Assembly (NCBI GenBank): GCA_963932955.1
Contig: CAWVRK010000004.1
Location: 37,136 to 101,135, forward strand
Reading direction: 5' to 3'
Origin: an uncultured Flavobacteriaceae bacterium
GTDB lineage: Bacteria > Bacteroidota > Bacteroidia > Flavobacteriales > Flavobacteriaceae
Length of the DNA: 64,000 nt
Made by a program: the position numbers and the translations under genes. The notes under the pieces were generated by a model, which was not told the origin of the DNA, searched no databases, and saw only the letters and a list, made by a program, of their open reading frames with translations. Positions 50,026 through 57,416 of this stretch are shown here, one piece after another; position 1 is the first letter of the stretch, and each line of letters begins with the position of its first letter.

Positions 50026-52266
50026 ATGAATTTTTATTCTAGTATTAAATACATTCAATGGATATTTTTTTTGACGCTTTTGACAATTTCTTTTGCTCCT
50101 GTGCAATCCCAAACTAACGTTCAAGAGATTGCTGAAAAATCCAATGGAGGGATGTCCAAAGATACCGACACCTACATTGAGCAATTATTAAAAGAACTTA
50201 CCCTAACGGAAAAAGTGGCACTGTGTCACGCACAATCAAAATTTAGCAGTAAAGGAGTTCCGCGTCTTGGCATTCCAGAAATTTGGATGGCAGATGGTCC
50301 CCACGGTGTGCGTGCTGAGATGAGTTGGGATTCTTGGAATTATGCCCAATGGTCAAACGATTCCATCACAGCTTTTCCGGCATTGACTTGCTTGGCAGCT
50401 TCTTTCGACCCTCAGTTGTCAAACGAATACGGTCTTAGTTTAGGAGAAGAAGCGCGGTACCGAGAAAAAGATGTTTTGTTGGGGCCGGGTGTCAATATAT
50501 ATCGAACCCCCATGAACGGAAGGAATTTTGAATATTTAGGTGAAGATCCTTTTTTGGCTTCTAAGATGGTGGTTCCCTACATTCAAGGAGTCCAAAAAAA
50601 TGGGGTCGCAGCATGTGTCAAACATTTTGCGTTGAACAACCAAGAGCATTGGAGAAATGTCATCAATGTAGAAGTAAATGATCGGGCTTTGTACGAGATC
50701 TACTTGCCCGCTTTCAAAGCTGCTGTAATGGAAGCTGGTGTTTGGTCAATCATGGGTGCCTACAACAAATTTCGGGGTCAATACGCCTGTCACAATGAAC
50801 TCCTTTTGAATAAAATTTTAAAACAAGATTGGGGCTTTGACGGGGTTGTGATCAGCGATTGGAGCGGCACCCACAGTACCATCGAGGCTGCTTTGTATGG
50901 CTTGGACTTGGAGATGGGAACGGGTACCGATGGTTTGGGCACAACGACCGACAACCATTATGAACATTACTATTTGGCCAAGCCTTTTCTGAAAGCGCTC
51001 AAAAGTGGTGAAATAGCAACCGCTCATCTAGACGATAAAGTTCGAAGAATTTTGCGTTTGATGCTTCGTACGAATCTAAACCCGGACAAACCTCTTGGAA
51101 GCTTGAATACTAAAAAACACCAGAAAGTCGCGCGCAAAGTTGGAACGCAAGGAATGGTTTTGTTGAAAAATAAAAATAATTTTTTTCCGATTCAAGATCA
51201 GAAAAACACCATCATCGCTGTCATCGGTGAAAATGCAACCCGTAATATGACTGCTGGAGGAGGATCTTCAGAATTGAAGCCGCAGTTTGAAATCAGCCCT
51301 TTGGAAGGCCTCAAGCAACGCTATAAAAATGCGACTGTAATTCACACCATGGGTTTTGAATCTGGTACTTCTGTTTACAACCAAGTGATTTCTGGAAAGT
51401 TGGACGCCGACTCTTTGAGGCTAAAAGCCATTGCATTTGCAAAAAAAGCAGATGTGGTTTTGTTTATAGGGGGGTTAAATAAAAGTCACCACCAAGATTC
51501 AGAAGGAGATGACAGGTTGCAATTTGAACTGCCCTTTGGGCAGGAAACGTTGTTGAACGAAATCCATCAAGTGAACAAAAATTTAGGCATGCTTTTGCTA
51601 ACAGGTAATGCTGTTGAGATGCCGTGGTTAGAGAACGTGAACGGACTGCTTCAAACTTGGTATCTGGGGAGTATGGCAGGACATGCCATCGCAGATGTTG
51701 TGTGTGGAGCTGTCAATCCATCGGGGAAGTTGCCGTTTTCCTTTCCAAAGAAACTCAAGGACAATGCCGCCCATTATTTTGGTGACGTATCTTATCCAGG
51801 AGATGGGGTAAATCAATATTACAAAGAAGGTATTTTGGTCGGGTATCGATGGCATGACACAAAAGGAATCAAACCGCTCTATGCCTTTGGTCATGGATTG
51901 TCATACACAAATTTTAAAATAACCAATGTCAAAACAGACAAGCAAATGTATTCTCCAACAGACACCCTTGCCATCTCTTGTGTGGTGAAAAATACGGGGA
52001 CTCGTGATGGGGCAGAGGTGGTGCAGGTTTATATAGGAAAACCCGACTCCAAAGTAAAAAGAGCTTTAAAGGAATTGAAGGGATTTGAAAAAGTGGAGTT
52101 GCCTAAAGTTACTTCGAAAAAAATCAGCATAGATATCCCAATAAATACCTTGGCTTTTTACGATGAAAGTCGCTCTGAATGGAACCTCGAAAAAGGAACC
52201 TACGTGCTTTTTGTAGGAAACGCATCTGACAACATTTCAAAAGAAATCAAAATCTTCGTTGAGTGA
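50026..52266 (+). CDS. Glycoside hydrolase family 3 (beta-glucosidase/xylosidase), secreted
   Basis: DGPHGVR, GPGVNIYRTP..GRNFEY..EDP, KHF, VISDW nucleophile, VLLKN, PSGKLP, PFG.GLSYT-type motif, FN3-like C-terminus. Confidence 0.95.
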   Translation: MNFYSSIKYIQWIFFLTLLTISFAPVQSQTNVQEIAEKSNGGMSKDTDTYIEQLLKELTLTEKVALCHAQSKFSSKGVPRLGIPEIWMADGPHGVRAEMSWDSWNYAQWSNDSITAFPALTCLAASFDPQLSNEYGLSLGEEARYREKDVLLGPGVNIYRTPMNGRNFEYLGEDPFLASKMVVPYIQGVQKNGVAACVKHFALNNQEHWRNVINVEVNDRALYEIYLPAFKAAVMEAGVWSIMGAYNKFRGQYACHNELLLNKILKQDWGFDGVVISDWSGTHSTIEAALYGLDLEMGTGTDGLGTTTDNHYEHYYLAKPFLKALKSGEIATAHLDDKVRRILRLMLRTNLNPDKPLGSLNTKKHQKVARKVGTQGMVLLKNKNNFFPIQDQKNTIIAVIGENATRNMTAGGGSSELKPQFEISPLEGLKQRYKNATVIHTMGFESGTSVYNQVISGKLDADSLRLKAIAFAKKADVVLFIGGLNKSHHQDSEGDDRLQFELPFGQETLLNEIHQVNKNLGMLLLTGNAVEMPWLENVNGLLQTWYLGSMAGHAIADVVCGAVNPSGKLPFSFPKKLKDNAAHYFGDVSYPGDGVNQYYKEGILVGYRWHDTKGIKPLYAFGHGLSYTNFKITNVKTDKQMYSPTDTLAISCVVKNTGTRDGAEVVQVYIGKPDSKVKRALKELKGFEKVELPKVTSKKISIDIPINTLAFYDESRSEWNLEKGTYVLFVGNASDNISKEIKIFVE

Positions 52267-52537
52267 TTTTTATGGGTAGAACGATGAGTGGTATTGAGAA
52301 ATTGGAACCGTAGATTCATTTCTTTAAAAGTGTGCTGTTGGTTTGTTTTTCTAAAGAATTGAAATCACATCCAAATGAATTTATTGACAGTTTCCACTAT
52401 TTTAAAAAGACTTTGCTATTAACAAAAAAAGGGGGGGTAAAAATATTCTTCGTACATTTATAGTGTTATTGCGCTTTTCAATACTGTGCAAATTTTTGAA
52501 TGATAATTGCAAGTTATTTTGCCTTTTAATTTTTTAT

Positions 52538-53890
52538 ATGAAAACACAAAAAAACCTTATTTTATTCTTGCCAATACTGTTGTTTGTCTTTTCGAGCTGT
52601 ACCCAAACGGTTTCTGATAAGTTACCGAAAGAAGACGACGCTTTGTCGATGGTCGCTGTCATGGACCTCTTGACGAGTCAATTTGACAACAGTGGCAATT
52701 TGAGACAAGATGAAAACCCGGTGGGAAACATTGTTTTTGATTTTTGCTTTAATTTTGTCTACCCCTTGGAACTTTCTTATAGCAGTGGCGCTACCAAAGA
52801 AGTTCTGAGTTTAGAAAATTTGCTTTTTGTATTGATTACCGACAGTTCTGAAGAACAGTCTGTAAACGGCATTGTATTTCCTTTTTCTGTAGAAGTCTTT
52901 AATTCCCAACGCGCTGCTATTGAAGTCGTCTCCATCCAAGATGTTGGTGAATTTGAAAGTCTGGTTGAAAATTGTGATTTTGAAAACGATCTCTTTTGCA
53001 TTGAAATTTACGCACCCGTATGTGTAAAGGTTTCGGATCCGGCAGGAGATGCATTTGTCATTACCTATCCAAACGCTTGCTATGCAGGATTGGACGGATT
53101 TACGGAAGAAGACTTTATAGAGGATTGCAAAGAAGGAACCAATAAAGGAGATCTTTTTGAAAGGAAGTGTTTTGAATTGGATTTCCCATTGACCATCAAA
53201 ACCGGAAGTGGCAAGTCCATTACATTGGAATCTGAGTTAGAATTAGAAAAAACGGTTTACCAGCTGTACCATTGGGAATACCAGTTTCCGATATCGATCA
53301 CAAAAGAAGACGGTTCCGAACAAATTCTTGAAAGTACAGAAAGTTTGAATGCTCTTTTGGAGGAATGCTATGGTGATTATTGGAAAACGGATTGCATGTG
53401 CACAAAAGAGTACAATCCTACCTGCATTCAAATCACCGACCCACTGAACCCAGAGAAAACCTATACTAAGTTGTTTTCAAATCATTGCGAGGCTATTTGC
53501 GCAGGATTTAAAGAAGAAGACTTTGTCAAATGTCCATCGACAGATGTGGAAGAAAATTACAAACTTTGGGAGTCTGCTGAAATAAAGTCCTACAGTTTTG
53601 ATTTGATGGTGAGTTGTTATTGTGAAATTCAAGAACCTTACCAAATACGGGTGATCAACGGAAAAGTTGAGCAAATCAAAGGCAACGAAGCTTGGGGCAG
53701 TGAAGGCATCCCGACTACGGTGGACGCATTGTTTGACACAATTCTCAAAAAACTAGAACAAAAGCCTTTCCATTACGAACTCAAATTTGATCCCAACTAC
53801 GGGTATCCTACAGATGTCTATTTTGACATGGTAGAAATGATGGCCGATGAAGAAATAGGTTACAGCATCTCTAATTTTAAGATTTTATAG
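52538..53890 (+). CDS. Lipoprotein with two Kazal-like domains and a C-terminal DUF6174-like domain
   Basis: Lipobox FSSC. Kazal loops CIEIYAPVC and CTKEYNPTC, each followed by TY.N.C or FSNHC. C-terminal Y....SCYC...FDPNYGYP...DEE.GY.ISNF. Confidence 0.75.
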   Translation: MKTQKNLILFLPILLFVFSSCTQTVSDKLPKEDDALSMVAVMDLLTSQFDNSGNLRQDENPVGNIVFDFCFNFVYPLELSYSSGATKEVLSLENLLFVLITDSSEEQSVNGIVFPFSVEVFNSQRAAIEVVSIQDVGEFESLVENCDFENDLFCIEIYAPVCVKVSDPAGDAFVITYPNACYAGLDGFTEEDFIEDCKEGTNKGDLFERKCFELDFPLTIKTGSGKSITLESELELEKTVYQLYHWEYQFPISITKEDGSEQILESTESLNALLEECYGDYWKTDCMCTKEYNPTCIQITDPLNPEKTYTKLFSNHCEAICAGFKEEDFVKCPSTDVEENYKLWESAEIKSYSFDLMVSCYCEIQEPYQIRVINGKVEQIKGNEAWGSEGIPTTVDALFDTILKKLEQKPFHYELKFDPNYGYPTDVYFDMVEMMADEEIGYSISNFKIL

Positions 53891-54208
53891 CTGTCACTAA
53901 ATGTACACATTGCGTTTTAAATAAGTCTTTAAAACACCCTGCCTCCTCCTTTTAAGTTGACAAGAGCCTTCTCGGTTTTTCTGTGTTTTTAAAGCTTGTT
54001 CTGAAACGACCAACACATTCGTTTTTTCAAGATAATTTCAAACAACTTTTTGACGCATCACCAAGCAATGCTTCTAAATTCATTGAGAAATTGACAGGAG
54101 GAGTTATCGGTTTTGGAATTTTATAGACTCTCGTTGGAGTTCTGATTGCGGCAATGGTAAGCAGAGAATTGGAAGGGATTGTCGCCAAAAAAAAGAATAA
54201 ACTTCATT

Positions 54209-55510
54209 TTAAAAACTTTTTACAAACGCTTTCATCAGGTCTGAATAACCCTCAAAGGAAGTGAGCGGCAAGGTGTCAGCACGGTCGTTAACATCATGGT
54301 AAGCGGCAATTCCCCCTAAGGTATAACTGTAAAAGCTGGGGACTTGAAAAGTATCAAAAGAACAATGGTCACTATTGCACGCAGGACCACGTGGTTTGAT
54401 TGCTTTTATGTAGCCTTGTTTTTGATTGAGTTCCTGCAGTGTCTTAAATTGATTGGGATAGGCTGTCGCATTGACTACTTGAATGCCTTTACTTCCTGTG
54501 CCTGCCAAATCAAAATTCAAAAGAAATTTGATGTTTTTCAGAGCGAAAGGAGGGTGGTCAACAAAATACTTTGATCCTAAAAGCCCGAGTTCTTCGGCAC
54601 CAAATGCGACAAATACCAACGAGTACTTGGGCCGATTTTCACTTATTGAAAAATACTTGGCAAGATCCAATAACAAAGCAACCCCACTAGCATTGTCATT
54701 GGCACCTGGAAAATAGGTGTTTTTACCCATGCGTCCAAGGTGGTCGTAATGGGCAGAGATAACAAGCAAAGAGTCGGAAGCATCGCGCCCTTTGAGAAAG
54801 CCGATGACATTTTGAGAACTTGTCTTTTTTATAAACCGGCTTTTGCTGTGAATGGACACTTGTTGCATGCTTTTGATGTTTGTTATTTTGCCAATGGTAA
54901 AAGATGGTTTTGCACTTTGAAAAGTACTGCCGTTCCAAGTCAGTTTTTTTGAAGAAAACACCAATGTGGCAGCAGCAGGATGTGCATCGGAATACCTGAG
55001 GAACCGAACGATTTCTAAGATTTTAGCAGCGGCTTGTTTGGACTGTGTCTCCAGGTCGTAGATGTCTATCAACAAGACTTTGTCTTTGGATTTATTGAGT
55101 TTTTGAACAAAGACATTTTCGTCCAACAAATCAGCTATTCCCAACACAATACAGTCATAGGTGCCTTTGAGTGAAGGGCTGCTCGGATCGATCAAATAGT
55201 CCTTTCCGGGTACTAAAGTTTTGCCGTCTATTTTCAAGTCCAAGGCTCCCGGTTGTGTGTTGACGCTGATAGGAAAGCTTTGCAAATAGCTGCTTCCAAA
55301 CTTTTGAAGTCCCCTTTTTTTAAATTCCTTTGCAAGGTATGCCGCAGCTTTTTTGTGGCCATTTTTCACATAAGCCCTTCCGTGCATTTCGGGAGCGCTC
55401 AAATCTTGAATCACCTTTCTTGCGGCCTCCAATTGTCCAAAAAGAGATGTGTGACTAATGAACGTGAGGATGCTAAAGAAAAAGAAAATAGGATTTTTGG
55501 AAAAAGACAT
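54209..55510 (-). CDS. M28 family metallopeptidase, secreted
   Basis: SAHYDHLG, GANDNASG, AEELGLLGS, NFD, SDH and YH.VND zinc/catalytic motifs are intact. Confidence 0.92.
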   Translation of the reverse strand: MSFSKNPIFFFFSILTFISHTSLFGQLEAARKVIQDLSAPEMHGRAYVKNGHKKAAAYLAKEFKKRGLQKFGSSYLQSFPISVNTQPGALDLKIDGKTLVPGKDYLIDPSSPSLKGTYDCIVLGIADLLDENVFVQKLNKSKDKVLLIDIYDLETQSKQAAAKILEIVRFLRYSDAHPAAATLVFSSKKLTWNGSTFQSAKPSFTIGKITNIKSMQQVSIHSKSRFIKKTSSQNVIGFLKGRDASDSLLVISAHYDHLGRMGKNTYFPGANDNASGVALLLDLAKYFSISENRPKYSLVFVAFGAEELGLLGSKYFVDHPPFALKNIKFLLNFDLAGTGSKGIQVVNATAYPNQFKTLQELNQKQGYIKAIKPRGPACNSDHCSFDTFQVPSFYSYTLGGIAAYHDVNDRADTLPLTSFEGYSDLMKAFVKSF

Positions 55511-55562
55511 GCGATGAAATTTTTATCAAAAATAATCTTTTTGTTTTTGTAATTTGCCAAAC

Positions 55563-55680
55563 GATGAACGATGAAAATAAACCTTTGGGAATAGCTGCTT
55601 TGATCTCCAGGCAAAAAAAGCAAGCAACAATTGCAAATCCAATCAATTTAGAGGCGGAAGTAAATGCGGGTAGGATTCAC
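55563..55680 (+). ncRNA. Structured non-coding RNA, candidate 6S RNA (6S-Flavo type)
   Basis: No ORF in this gap between two minus-strand genes. The ends TGAA/TTCA pair, the inner stem GCTGCTTT pairs with AAAGCAAGC, and a large unpaired purine-rich centre lies between. A promoter-like TAATTTG is just upstream. Similarity to flavobacterial 6S is from memory only. Confidence 0.55.
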
Positions 55681-55737
55681 AGCAAAAACGGAAAAAGAAA
55701 ACCCAACTCGGAGAAGGAAATGAAGGAGTAAATAGGC

Positions 55738-56331
55738 TTATCGTTCGTGGAGCAGAGCCTTGTCTAACAAGGCCATTCCTTCACACAAACGCGCTTCGGA
55801 ATTTTCTGTTCCATAAGCCTCTACTTTCAAGAGGTATAGGCTGCCGTTTGTATTTGGAAAATAACTTTGAACAGTCTGAAAGTCAAAACCCAAACGCCTG
55901 TACTTTGAATGGATGCTGTACCCTTTTTTTTTGCCCAAACGAACGTGTTTTGATTGCAGCACCTCGCCGTTTTCTTTTTGAAGGACTTCGCCTTCAATTG
56001 TTTTCACAAACAACGTGTCCAAAATGGTGTTTTTGGTGTAGTGTCCGATTTCTATGATGTAAGTGTCTGTAAGTTCTTTTGTGGTGTCAGCACAATAGAA
56101 GCGTGTGGAAGAACTGTCGATAAAAAATTCTTTTTTCCAGTTGGAGGGAATCGAAATCTCAAAGCGTTGGTGAAGGTCTTCGATGTTTTTTTGAGCTTGT
56201 TCTTGCTGTGTGCTTTTACAGGATCCGAAAAGTGCTTTTTGCAAACTAGGTTGTTGGCAACCTGTCAAGAGTAGTGCAAAAGAAAAAATAGACAGAAGGC
56301 AGGGCAGGAAAAGAGAAGGCAATATTCGCAT
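55738..56331 (-). CDS. Hypothetical lipoprotein
   Basis: Signal peptide with lipobox LTGC; F.I.IP.NW motif suggests a PsbP/DcrB-like fold. Confidence 0.7.
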   Translation of the reverse strand: MRILPSLFLPCLLSIFSFALLLTGCQQPSLQKALFGSCKSTQQEQAQKNIEDLHQRFEISIPSNWKKEFFIDSSSTRFYCADTTKELTDTYIIEIGHYTKNTILDTLFVKTIEGEVLQKENGEVLQSKHVRLGKKKGYSIHSKYRRLGFDFQTVQSYFPNTNGSLYLLKVEAYGTENSEARLCEGMALLDKALLHER

Positions 56332-56396
56332 GAGATTTCCTTTTTTTTAACGTTTTATTTTGAGTAAATTTATCAAACATACTAAAAAGGATTGAG

Positions 56397-57308
56397 ATGA
56401 AAGCATTGGTGATTTCAGGAGGAGGGAGCAAAGGCGCGTTTGCGGGAGGTGTAGCCGAGTATCTGATTTGTGAACAACACAAAAAATACGACATCTACAT
56501 TGGCACATCTACGGGCAGTCTTTTGATTTCTCACCTCGCTTTGGGAAAAACCCAAGAATTGAAAGCACTGTATACCAGCGTAAATCAAAAAACCATTTTT
56601 AGCAATAACCCATTTCGCATCAAGAAAGTACACGGCGAAAAAGTGGTCACAATCAATCACTTTCATGTGTTGTGGAATTTTATTCGCAAACGAAAGACTT
56701 TTGGAGAAAGTTATAATTTGAGAAAGCTGATTCGCAACAACATTCGGGAAAGTTATTTCAAGCAGTTGCAAGATTCTGATATGGATCTTGTGGTGACCGT
56801 TTCCAACCTGACTTTGAATGAGATTGAGTACAAGTCAATCAATGATTGGTCTTATGTCGAATTTTGTGATTGGATTTGGGCTTCTTGCAATTACGTTCCT
56901 TTTATGAGTTTGTACGAAAAGGACAATTGCCAATACGCAGATGGTGGTTTCGGTTGTTTGGTTCCCATTCGTGAAGCCATCCGAAGGGGAGCTACCGAGG
57001 TAGATGTAATTATTTTGGATACGGAAGTGACGCATTACAACCGACTCCCGGTAAAAAACCCTTTTTCACTGATTTCTCATATTTTTGATTTCACCTTGGG
57101 ACATGTAGAAAAGCACAATGTAACCATAGGCAAATTGGCTGCCAAGAACAACGGTGTTTCTTTGAATATGTTCTACACACCCTCTGTATTGACAACAAAT
57201 TCTTTGATTTTTGACCAAAAACAAATGACGGCTTGGTGGCAGGAAGGCTTTGAATATGCGGAAAAACGGTTTTACGAACAAACTGACCCTGTTCGTTTTG
57301 ACAACTGA
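56397..57308 (+). CDS. Patatin-like phospholipase
   Basis: SGGGSKG, GTSTG nucleophile motif and DGG catalytic Asp are intact. Confidence 0.93.
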   Translation: MKALVISGGGSKGAFAGGVAEYLICEQHKKYDIYIGTSTGSLLISHLALGKTQELKALYTSVNQKTIFSNNPFRIKKVHGEKVVTINHFHVLWNFIRKRKTFGESYNLRKLIRNNIRESYFKQLQDSDMDLVVTVSNLTLNEIEYKSINDWSYVEFCDWIWASCNYVPFMSLYEKDNCQYADGGFGCLVPIREAIRRGATEVDVIILDTEVTHYNRLPVKNPFSLISHIFDFTLGHVEKHNVTIGKLAAKNNGVSLNMFYTPSVLTTNSLIFDQKQMTAWWQEGFEYAEKRFYEQTDPVRFDN

Positions 57309-57416
57309 GAAGAGGGTACAATGAGTTCGGCAAAAGCTAAAATTGTATTTAACACTTAATTATAAGACTGTCTTCTCAAGTATTTCTATTTTTACAATCA
57401 AAAAATATTCCTTCCA

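Noticed and set aside
50026-52266. Polysaccharide utilization locus
   Set aside because: A lone GH3; no SusC/SusD pair, regulator or other CAZymes adjacent.
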